Source: Lingula anatina
Lineage: Eukaryota; Animalia; Brachiopoda
NCBI GenBank assembly: GCA_051362555.1
Contig: CM120649.1
Coordinates: forward strand, 8,370,001-8,434,000
Reading direction: 5' to 3'
Length of the DNA: 64,000 nucleotides
A model generated the notes under the pieces. It was given only the letters and a program-made list of their open reading frames with translations, had not been told where the DNA came from and searched no databases. Of this stretch, positions 38,961 through 50,397 are shown in pieces (positions within the stretch are counted from its first letter, which is position 1; the number at the start of each line of letters is the position of its first letter). The position numbers were made by a program, and so were the translations under genes.

Positions 38961-39805
38961 TTAAACGACGACTAAAAGATGTGTGTATAACTTTGCATTA
39001 GTTGAGGAGAGCAGTCTGTAGGGTAAAGACGAGACGCCATCTTTTGCCTGCCGTTTCTTCGAGTCTTGCAAAAGAGCAATTCTGAAAGTACATTTGAAAA
39101 ATTATATACCTGTGGTACATTTTGAAGAAATAGATACGAATAGATGGCTTTATGAAAATATAAAATTAATAGGAATTATTTACTAGTATGATAGTGTCCC
39201 TGAATTAATTACTATGCCATATACCATATGCACTAGTTAAACGTGAAAAGAAAGCCCGATAAACACTCCTGCCTACAGTGCTCAGCTACCGGACTCAAGT
39301 ATAAATCAGTGGTGCCTTCATCATAAGCTGTAACCCCACAAGGCTAGTTGCTAAGCTCGTAAGTCACAGTGTGCGTTGGGCTTAAGTTTAGAAAACGAAC
39401 TGAAATCGGTTTTTGACCGAGATTTCATTTGGTCTTAAAAGAACGATGTAAATGTATTATATGTGCCTACCTTCTGGGGTTCTTGTCCCTGCCACCGTGT
39501 ATTAAGGACGTGTACCGACCCATGTCCGTTGGAACTCGCTCAAAACCCTTGGCTGAGGCCTTTAACCTTGGAGAAAATAAAATATGGTTAAGTATTAAAC
39601 CACTTTGTTGTTGTAGAGTGATTTCAAAAAGGAAAATGATGTTGACATAAAGTGAGACTATGAATTTCTCTTTCTCACCTCTCTGCCATGTCGTCGTCCT
39701 CTCCGCCCCACCCCCAGAACTCGTTGGAGTAACCGTTCAGCTTCAGAAAGTCTTCACGAGGAAAATTCATCACTCCACCCACTAGAAAGGTGTACCTTGT
39801 TCTAG

Positions 39806-39885
<80 letters not shown>

Positions 39886-40913
39886 GACAGTTTTCTCTGT
39901 ATACGTCTAAGCTTTTCAACCTGACATAACTAATACTAGAGCTCCTGACATGGCCTGGTTCTGCGCTTAAAAGCTACACGTTGCCTGCCTCATCATAGAC
40001 CCCATTTCCAGAGATAAGATCGATCTACTTTAGATCGACCTAACTCTCTGGGGGTTCAGGCTAAATAGCTGTCAGCCGAGCGGACACGAAATTTAATTAC
40101 CCCCTTACAGCTTGTAGTAGGCGGGACGGACATTTAAGCCGGATTATCTGACAGTAATCTAGTGAGACTCCCCGCGGGGACAGATCGATCTAAAAGCTCT
40201 GGGAATACAGCCATAGACATGGACTTACTCTATAATACAATTCAATATTTAACAAGAGTAAGGTCATTTTTGAAATGACTTCCAGTGCCTTGGTGAAGCC
40301 ATTAATAATTTTCTGATTAAGTGCAATCTTTAATTTTCTCTATTAAAGTACTATTCTACAATGAGTCCAGTTCAGGCCATTTTTTTGCCTGAAATTATGG
40401 AGTCCTGTTATTCCAATAACACTAGTGGTCCGTGTACAGGGATAGCATGAAATGTAGAAATTAAAAGAACAAAAAATAGCTTTGGAATGCACTGATTGCA
40501 TTGTAATTAACCTTAACTATTTAAATCATCATACTGGATATATTGAAATATTGGTATCGTTATTAACATTTATCACAGATATATCCAATGATATATAAGA
40601 TAACATGGTGAGGTTACCGGTATTTATCCTGACTCGGCGCCGATGACATGTGTAAAGGAAGAGGATGGCATTTGTACGTGTTGCGATCGTCCTCCGGCAC
40701 TAGATCCACGTCATGGAAGATGACGCACTGGAAATCGAAAAGCTTGGCGGCTTCTAGAAATCCGGCGTTCATAACACGCCCTTTGTTCCAGGTACCTACT
40801 CCTGCCTACGTTAGATAGATAGATAGATAGATATTTATTTTACAGCTCCTTCTCTTCTCTTTGTTCTCTCTCTCTCTCTCTCTCTCTCTGGTTATAATAT
40901 TTTTTTCTCTCCC

Positions 40914-40964
<51 letters not shown>

Positions 40965-43900
40965 TATTACCTGTTCTACCACAAATAACCTATAGTGCAC
41001 CAGCTGTCTCTGTAATAACGGGTGGAGGTATCTGAGCTGCATTTTAAGATGTTGCAAACGATCACGATATGGGATGATAATTGCCACTTTATGTCTGAAT
41101 AAAAATATAATAAACAAATCAATCAACACATGTTTAGACAAAATGCAATGATAAAAGGTATACCAGCATATGTTAACTAAACATTGTTTTATAACTATAG
41201 TCTTTGTCTGCAGTCTGGTGTATCAAGTGTTTCAGTTCAGTAGATGGTGGGTCAAAGCGTAGTGTATGTCTTTCTAGTCTATATCCTACAAAGACTCTAC
41301 GATCGGATGGCCATGTGGTCACAGTTTCCACCTCAGGTGCCAGGGAGTCGAGAGCGTCAACACCCAGGCTGTCAAAAAAAATGACCAGGGCCCGTAGCTT
41401 GAAAGCATCGCGCATTGCGACCGAGCACACGAGTCTCGATTCCGTAACCCCCGTATGGGGCGTGTATGGGCGAGTTATGGAATCGAGACGTTTGCCCTCG
41501 ATCACAATGCGCGATGCTTTCGAGTTACGGGTCCAGGCGTCCAATGTAAACCACGATACGCATGTCACTTTTTTTCTGTTTTTCACAAAAACTCTGTTAT
41601 ATCTGTAGATATTCATAGTATAAACTTTGCAACTCAGATCCGGGAGGGTCCGTGCAACAGAAAGTCCTCCATTTAGTTATAATGGTTAGGGTTAGCCTGA
41701 TCTAAGTAGGTGAAAATCTAGGGCGAGGCTTACCTGTGCAAATGAAGGGGAAGCGGACTTTCTATCATGGGGGACTCTCTGTCACGTTACCGGCATTTGT
41801 CAACTGTAAAAGATAGCCGTATTAATTAAGACCTGTAGAAATGACAAGCATTCACCTACCTGGATTTACATTTAGAAGGCTTCCACTCCCCCCAAAGTCG
41901 ACCTCTGGCATTGCTTTCTTCTGTTCATTTAGATCTGTTGACACGTTGAGATCAATACGGATGAGGCCCACTGTTACAAAAGGGAAAATATCATTTGTAT
42001 TAAGTGCTACACGGACGAATCCAGAACGTTTATTGCCTGGTTTCCAAGCGGCTTTAAATATATAACGTCGACTTGTCTCAGGCTATCATAAAAACTTGTT
42101 TTACAACATTCTGAATCAATATGTGTTATATTTCATTGATTAATTTGAATCTATGAAATTAAGAATTTTAATTTTAAAAATAATTTTACAATTTATATTT
42201 TTCTATTTCCAAAATGGCTTCATTTATAAATAAACATAAATTTAACAAAGAGATAAACAGCCAGCGCTGTCGCCACCATTCGTGTTTTCGAAAATTCCTA
42301 TTGCAAAAAGTTCATCAGACTGCATTTAGACGTATTGCTCCTTTCTAACAAAGAGGATTTGAAACATTTATACAGTATTTGGGCGATGATAGGCCTGTTT
42401 ACAAAGTGGATAAAAAAATGCAACACTTCAAAAACAGACTGCAATGTTACAAAGTGTACGAAGTAACAAAATCTTTTCAAAAGTGTATTGTTACTTTTGG
42501 ATGCCTACAAGAAAAACGCTACTTTTAAAACTTTTAAAGTAGCGTTTTTAGAAATGTGTGTAGTTATTTAAGAAATAAGACAACTTAGTATGACTGCTTT
42601 ATGCGCGAGGTCAAATGGACAGATAGAAGGATGTAATAATAATAATAATAATAATAATATTTATTTCTTAAAACCGCACTACACTACCGTCTCAGTGCTG
42701 TTTACAGATAAAATTATCAGGATTACAACTAATTATATAGATAATAAAAGCTAAGGTAATAAAAATTAAAATAATTAATGCTGGTTAAAATAGTAATGGT
42801 CTGAACAATAAAACTTTTTTCTGCTAAAATGAGAAAATATTAATTAAAATACTGTGAAAATAAGAATGTTTTTAAGTCTTTTTTAAAAACCTCAACACTA
42901 TCAATAGTCCGAATGTATGAGGGTAGTTGATTCCATAAAATAGGCGCTGCCATTGAAAATGCCCGGTGGCCATAGGTTTTGGTTGTTTTTTTTTATTATC
43001 ATTTCTGATAAAACAAAGATTGGAGGTGGATCTGGTAGACCTGGTGAGAATGGGTGTACTTAGATGTAGCATCGAGTTAAAATATGAGAGGCATTCACCT
43101 CTGGTGAATTTAAAAACAAAAAGCAGTAATTTAAAAACAATTCTCTGTCGTACAGGAAGCCAATGTAGTTCGAATAAAATGGGTGAAATATTTGATCTGA
43201 GAGGGGTTTTGGGCAGTAGTCGTGCTGCAGCATTTTGGACAGATTGAAGTTTTTCAATTTGGTAGGTAGGAAGACCATATGTATATGCCGATTGAACCTT
43301 TGCAGAAAGTGGATGAGTATGCAGATAGTCAGTTAGCTGTGTTGCTACTAGGCGCTCCAGTACTTTTGAAAGAAATGAGAGGTTTGAGATGGGACGGTAG
43401 TTCTGCAGGTCGTTAGGGTCTGGCTTGCCTGTGGCCTTTTTTATGAGTGGTCTGATTAAAGTTTTCTTGAAGCATCCAGGGACTACGCCGCTTTGAAGAG
43501 ATGTGTTGAAAAGCTTAGTAATGGAAGGTAGTAATTCTTCTATGCATTCCTTTGTGAGGTTAGTTGGAAGGATGTCCAATTCTGATGATTTTGGCTTAGC
43601 GGCATTTATCAGCTTTTTTATTAGTTCGGGAGTAGCGATGGTAAAACTCGGAGATGTAGAAGGATCAACTTCTTGTAGAGTGGAGTTGTTAATTCCGCTT
43701 TCAAAGGATTTTCGAAGTTTTTCTATTTTGTTGTTTAAAAAACTCCAGGAATACAGAATAAAGTTGCTCGTCAGAGTACAGTGTTGGTTTAATGGTTGTT
43801 GCTGATTTTTTAAAGCCGGTTAACTCCTCACCAATCATAAAAAGACTTTTGGAATCCACTTTGCGTTTTTTGTGGTAGTCAGATTTCAGTTGATCAGCAC

Positions 43901-46900
43901 GGCGACAGTACTCTAGGCGTGAATTTGGCGATGGACTTCCAGACCAGTGTTGCGCCATTTACGCTCACATTTTCTAACTGATTTTCGCATCTCAGACAGT
44001 TCACTACAAAACCATGGCGCTGTTGACTTACTGCGAGTTACTCGAGTATTGACTGGAGCAAGTTCGTCGAGTATGGTGGTTATGGTGTTGTGATATGAGT
44101 GCAGAAGAGTGTCCACATCTTCTGAAGTAGTTTTTCCAATTGCATTGGTATCAGGTGGGAAGGAGTTAAAGGCAGACTGAAGCTTTGCTTTAAGAACATC
44201 AGAGTCAATTTCTTTCAGGTTTCTACGTGAAATCGTAGTTTTGACCGTAGGAGGACGAGCCACATTCAGACAGAATTCTATGAGACTATGGTCTGAATTC
44301 AAATAGTTTGTTGAGTCAGTTGAAAAGAGAAGATTATCTGATGCGCGAGTTATCAATAAGTCAAGAGTGTGCCCTTTTTGGTGAGTTGGGAAGATGATGT
44401 GCTGTTGAAGGTCTCTAGAAAATATAATTTCATTCAGAAGTGAAGCATCACGGGAATGAGAATTATCAACATGAATATTGAAATCCCCTGCGATTATGAG
44501 ATGGCCTGGTTTTGGGACGACCTTTTCCAATAAGGTTGCAAATTCACTGAAGAAGTCCGAGGTCGGGTTGTTTGGAGGACGGTAGATGAGAAAAAATTGT
44601 AGTCCAAGTGTAGGCTGACAGACAATACTTCCCCTGGCATTTATGTCAATAAGGAAGTTCCTAGTGTGGGCCCATGCATTGTGAGCTGTACCTGTAAATG
44701 CCCCAAGGCTCATTTTCTTGGGTGAACAGAATTCTACTTGAAAATACATAGTATTAGCTATGGTAACAGTGCATACAGAACACTATGCCAGCTAAAGATT
44801 TGGTTACAATCCTTGTGCAGGAAACAGCAACTGTCCAAATATCACCAAACCAGTGTCCAAGCCTCTGTGGCATGGCAATCAATGGATTCCTGAACCATTT
44901 AAAAAGTGTTATATAAAAAATTGAGTGTCAATATAACTCCTTCTAGTTACAAAAATCACAAAACTAGGAGAGCCACAAACAGCCCGGGCAGCTCAGTCAG
45001 TGGCACCCCCTTTAGATGTACATGTAAGGTAAGTATAATGGCGCAGATGCTCAGATATAATGAACAAGGGAGCAAAGCTGTCAAATGTACATACAAAAAC
45101 AGAAAATAAAAATGCAAAAAAAAAGGGGCAATTTGTCAATTTTGATGCAATAATAAATAATGCTTATAATATCGCCGTCAATCAACACTGAATTTTAATC
45201 ATGCACAACAGGTAACATGGTCAATAACAGCAGCAGATCCAGAGATATTTTCTGACAGTATTCCAAATTATCTTTGTTGATCCATCCTCCATTTCTGATG
45301 GTCTTCCAACAGAAAAAAATAGATACCCGTCAATGTAAACTTTAAAAACTGACCGACATCTGGAAGACCCAGAAGACGGCCTCAATCCGCCCCTTCAATA
45401 AGATTACAGTTTCAGGACCATGAGAGTTCACATTCACATAATGAAAATCCCAATATTTGAAAAATGATGACAGTGCATAAAATAACATTACAGAATGTTT
45501 AAAGACATAAAAACCAATGCAACTGCTTATGTGGAAGTACAGAAAATGTGAGGAGCTTCAGGTGGATGGGAGTTGAAAATGCCAGTGTTTGAAAAATATT
45601 AAAAAGAAAACACAACAAAAATATTCCAATAAAGCTGCTATTCAAACTTTTAATCTTGCTGTATTAACATGATATGAATAACCCAGATGTGTTGGAGGGT
45701 AATAAAGCTGCTATTCAAACTTTTAATCTTGCTGTATTAATATGATATGAATAACCCAGATGTGCTGGAGGGTAATAAAGCACTGTTATTTATCTATAGC
45801 ATTAATGTTGGCGTTACACAATTTTTTTTTCTTTTGTAAACTTATTTGCAATATTAAACAACATTTACCAGCATAATTATCACCGATTCATAATTATTGG
45901 ACACAGTTACGAGAGCTTAACCTATGGGACTTTACTGGGAACTCTCAGCGTGTGTTTTATGTAATTTATTTAATGGGCACTTGAAAATTAATTAGGCAAG
46001 TGATTTAATAGTTCTGAATTTAGCTAGTGATTACCCAAGGGACAATTACATACCGCACTGACCACCATCCATAAACAGTAGCCCCATATAGCACTCTATA
46101 GAGCTGCATTGCTTCCAAAACAGTAAACAATCACACTGATTTTCCAACCCAAGCTGCACTTCAGTCCTATGAAACAGCGATGTCCAAAATAGGGTTTTCT
46201 TCAACTTTCATGCAATATAACATAATGCTTAACAGCATAATGACCATCAATTTTTAATAATAAAGTAAAAGTATCATGGATATCCAGAAAATGTGACATG
46301 GAAAGGTCTTCGAGGCCATGGAAGTTCAGAGTCACACCTTCAAAATGCCAAAATGTAAACAAGAGATAACTGTACTGAAATGATTTTCTTTCCACTTTCA
46401 ACACCTTTTTTACATATAACAAAATGATCAATTTACTGTCATTTTTAAATGATCAATTAAGAAAATTGTTGCCATAGGAAAAATATCAATAGAACAATTC
46501 TAAATGTCCAAATTGCTTCATTCTGATATGCTGTACATGGTGAATTATTGAATCTGACAAACCGTAAAGATATCAGTTTATTTCCATTTTGACACTTTAT
46601 TGCACAATACACAATAACAGGTTTACCATCATTTTCATATAATCAAGTAACAATATTGTTAAGATGCAGAAGATGTCAAGAGAACACCTTTACATATTTA
46701 ATTTGTTCACGAATGAGATTGTTAACATGCCTAAGAATTAATTCTGAGGAAAAAACACTTATTTACAAAAAAAGGCATAACTTCACCAAAACTGAACCGA
46801 TTGAGCTTATTTTCGAACTTAATCTGTATTTTAGTAAGACTGATCACCCCTGTGAATTTCAAGACAATTGGCCAATGTATATGCTGAAAAAAGTAAAAAA

Positions 46901-48982
46901 AACTGCATATCTTTCATAAAATTGGTCCGATCACGCTGCTTTTCGAACTTGACCTGCGTATTATGAATATTCATCAGTTCTGTAAGTTTTAAGCCAAAAG
47001 GTAAAACGGTATTTCACTTATCGTGTTATCGGTGTTGCACATATGCTGAAAAAAAGTGAAAAAACAGCATACCTTCCATAAAAATGGCCCAATCATGCTG
47101 ATTTTCGAACTTGAACTGCGTATTATGAATATTCATCAGTTCTGCAAGTTTTAAGCCAAAAGGTAAAACGGTATTTCACTTATCGTGTTATCGGTGTTGC
47201 ACATATGCTAAAAAAAATTAACAAAATAGCATAACTTCCATAAAAATGGCCCAATCATGCTGATTTTCGAACTTAACCTGTATCTTATGAATATTCATCA
47301 TTTTTGTAAGTTTCAAGTCAAAAGGTAAAACGGTTTTTCACTTATCGTGTTATCGGTGAAAGTGCACGGCGACGACGACGGCGACGACAGACGCAGGTGG
47401 CGGCTAAATGTACAGACACATCTGTGTCTGTACATAAAAAGGCAATGTGAGATCTTAGGATATGGACTAACTAGTACTTCAATGAGCTATGAGACCATTG
47501 GCCGCTAACCTCTGACCTCTTAGCTCGAGATCTTTCCTGTTGTTGTACCGTAGTGTCTTTGATGTCACAGATGTTTTCAGAAGCAATTTTTGTAAGGTCA
47601 TCCGCTATGGGCGGCCAAAAGTATGGGCGGCCAAAAGGGCAAAAATTCATGTCGTCGATTCAGTTATGTTTCGTCGATTCACTGCCTTCCCATCGATTCA
47701 GTTTCAAGTTTAAACGATCCTGTCATAAATTCAACATCTACTTTCGTCAATTCAACTGTCAAACATTTCTCATCTACGGTGTATTAAAACCAATGCTGTC
47801 ACTATTTTCGTCGATCGTGTAACTATTCTCGTCGATCGTCTAATCTCGTCGATCGTCCAACTAATCTCGTCGATCGTGTAACTATTCTCATCGATCGTCT
47901 AATCTCGTCGATCGTGTAACTATTCTCATCGATCGTCTATTCTCGTCGATCGTCTCATCGATCGATCGCCAGAGGGCGCTGCGGTAGCACATTGGCCTAT
48001 CACATGACTATCAAAATGGCAGACAACAAAATGATTGCTAGTGAAATAATAACATTTTCTCAACAATTTCAATTTTAGTTGTTAATAATTAAAAGATATT
48101 CGGTTGTAGGGACATTATTTTCTAGTTGTGCTTAACTCTGACCATGGCTGGCCGAGTTAAAAATTACCGCGTGATTGACAGACAGAAGCACGTGTTGCTA
48201 CCGCAGCGCCCTCTGGCGATCGATCGATGAGACGATCGATGAGAATAGTTACACGATCGACGAGATTAGACGATCGACGAAAACAGTTTGACGATCGACG
48301 AGATTAGTTACACGATCGACGAAAATAGTGACAGCATTGGTTTTAATACACCATAGATGAGAAATGTTTGACAATTGAATTGACGAAAGTAGATGTTGAA
48401 TTTATGACAGGATCGTTTAAACTTGAAACTGAATCGATGGGAAGGCAGTGAATCGACGAAACATAACTGAATCGACGACATGAATTTTTGCCCTTTTGGC
48501 CGCCCATACAAAAGGGTTGAGAAAATGTTCTTATTTCACTAGCAATCATTTTGTTGTCTGCCATTTTGATAGTCATGTGATAGGCCAATGTGCTACCGCA
48601 GCGCCCTCTGGCGATCGATCGATGAGACGATCGACGAGAATAGACGATCGATGAGAATAGTTACACGATCGACGAGATTAGACGATCGATGAGAATAGTT
48701 ACACGATCGACGAGATTAGTTGGACGATCGACGAGATTAGACGATCGACGAGAATAGTTACACGATCGACGAAAATAGTGATAGCATTGGTTTTAATACA
48801 CCGTAGATGAGAAATGTTTGACAGTTGAATTGACGAAAGTAGATGTTGAATTTATGACAGGATCGTTTAAACTTGAAACTGAATCGATGGGAAGGCAGTG
48901 AATCGACGAAACATAACTAAATCGACGACATGATTTTTTGCCCTTTTGGCCGCCCATAATCCGCCAAGACTGTGTCACAGCT

Positions 48983-49057
<75 letters not shown>

Positions 49058-49406
49058 TAACAACAACTAAAACTTTCCTCTTTCACCCTTCCACAAAGAC
49101 ACCCAGGCTTCCTATCTTGTAATATTTAGATCTCTCACCTAGCGTACTGGGATGTTCTGGACAGTCTTCCTCCACCGTTGGCTGAGTCTTTACGCTTTTG
49201 TCTTCCGCGGGATCGTTGTCGAATCCACCGCGGGTTGGGAAGTTCTTCTGGATATCAAGTAGTTTCTTCTGTAGCTGAACGCCACCAGGTCGCAATAAGT
49301 ACAGCCCAGTGAGGAGTATCTGGGCACCCAACAGACAGTACAAGACGATAAACATGTGTTTTTGTGGCAGTCTAGCTCTGCGAGAGATTACTCGGACTGG
49401 TTCCAT
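38961..49406 (-). CDS. GT7 beta-1,4-galactosyl/N-acetylgalactosaminyltransferase (B4GALT/bre-4-like); 1-nt frameshift in exon 2 as assembled
   Basis: Exons 49406-49139 (TM anchor, ..CPEHPSTL), 41970-41860, 41094-40971 (HKVAIIIPYRDR..LQRQ), 40805-40618 (WNKGRVMNAG..FHDVD), 39801-39679 (NGYSNEFWGWGGEDDD), 39566-39471 (GRYTSLIH), 39081-38961 (DGVSSL..LYTHLLVVV*). Confidence 0.9.
39998..40212. mobile_element. PIF/Harbinger-type MITE (copy 2)
   Basis: Same internal sequence as 4749-4973 (tttagatcgacctaactc...aattacccccttacagc...tagtgagactcccc); ata flanks on both sides. Confidence 0.65.
42632..44620 (-). mobile_element. L2/CR1-type LINE, degenerate, RT core deleted
   Basis: APE motifs IYRPP, GDFNIH, GHTLDL, SDH; NYRPISNLSFLSKVLER; C-terminal QNAAARL..LHWLPVRQRIVFK; (tta)n tail at ~42635-42660. 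Confidence 0.85.
45228..45396 (-). mobile_element. MITE family A copy 2 (inverted, diverged ends)
   Basis: Reverse complement of the family A interior; aataa on both flanks. Confidence 0.65.
45628..45780. repeat. Tandem duplication of ~73 bp
   Basis: aataaagctgctattcaaacttttaatcttgctgtattaa..gaataacccagatgtg.tggagggt occurs twice, near-identical. Confidence 0.85.
46358..47437 (+). mobile_element. Helentron/HINE-like element with internal ~155-165-bp tandem repeats
   Basis: 3-4 units containing ttttcgaactt(g/a)a..tattatgaatattcatca..aaaaggtaaaacgg..cacttatcgtgttatcggtg; 3' palindrome acagacacatctgtgtctgt; left boundary approximate. Confidence 0.55.
47624..48956. mobile_element. Long-TIR MITE (TA-flanked, 47624-48506) plus adjacent inverted copy of its left ~440 bp (48517-48956)
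   Basis: ta|TGGGCGGCCAAAAGGGCAAAAA ... TTTTTGCCCTTTTGGCCGCCCA|ta at 48506 and again at 48956; subterminal tcgtcgatcg arrays. Confidence 0.85.
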
Positions 49407-50076
49407 CCTGATATATATAATCAAATATGATTTTTAAAAATCAAGAAAGAATAAATTTGGTAACTGCTATGTTTGTATATTCTCCAGTTGTATCCCAGCT
49501 GACTCGGATGTGTCCGTGTAACAATTGCAGTGGTAGTGTGATACCAATCACTGAAAACACTGGTTTTTGTAAATCATATTGGTATCCTTACATCCGGGAA
49601 CTACTGTTGCGGATCCCACACCAAACAAACAAACGACGGGAAATGTTCACACTTTATTTCACGCACACTGACATGGATATGGTGAAACTAAAAATAACAA
49701 AATAATGAAAGATAAATACCAAACTAATTATACAAAATACACAAATATAACATAAATTGAATACAAATATAAAAAGAAATAATAAATTAATCATAAGAAA
49801 TGGAAATGTTGTGCAAATGATTAACAATAGAATTGAATACAATACGTACAGAGAAATGTGGCTTTCCCGTCCAAATGTTGATCCACAAATTTTGCCTACT
49901 AAAACTTCAGTCTCGACGACCTGAGCCTTCGCTCGTCAAATACAACGTGGCCGCGCCCAGAACTGCTGCATACAGTATTTATACAGAGCAAATGATTTGC
50001 ATAATAATACAAAGCTGACCAGTGATACGATTGTAAACGCAAATTGTTGTCATAAGCGACAACACTCCCACTTAAA

Positions 50077-50108
<32 letters not shown>

Positions 50109-50218
50109 TGTACAAACACACACACAAAAAATGCATTTATCTACCTCACTATATACTCAAACAAACACATATTCACTATATTATCTGTCACAAACAAACA
50201 AACAAAAATAAACAATAT

Positions 50219-50397
50219 TACTTATTCTTATTCAAATTTACTTACAATTTATTGTTTAAACAATGCCACTTAAACAATATTGTAACAATATAACACATAT
50301 CTTAATAGTCTACTTATTCTTATTCAAATTTACTTACAACTTATTGTTTAAACAATGTCACTTAAACAATATTGTAATAATATAACACATATCTTAA
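50219..50397. repeat. ~87-bp direct repeat in the BEL 3' UTR
   Basis: tacttattcttattcaaatttacttacaa..cacttaaacaatattgtaa..taacacatatcttaa at 50219 and 50311. Confidence 0.85.

Noticed and set aside
41173-41616. Overlapping 134-147 aa ORFs on both strands
   Set aside because: Lie in an intronic repeat with internal inverted segments (aagcatcgcgcatt/aatgcgcgatgctt); no protein motifs seen.
41735-41803. 69-nt segment with good - strand splice sites inside GT7 intron 2
   Set aside because: Length is a multiple of 3 so it cannot fix the frameshift, it has a stop in phase 1, and it resembles repeat sequence at ~11185-11215.
47790-47970. Short regularly spaced repeats superficially like a CRISPR array
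   Set aside because: No unique spacers, eukaryotic context; these are subterminal repeats of a MITE.
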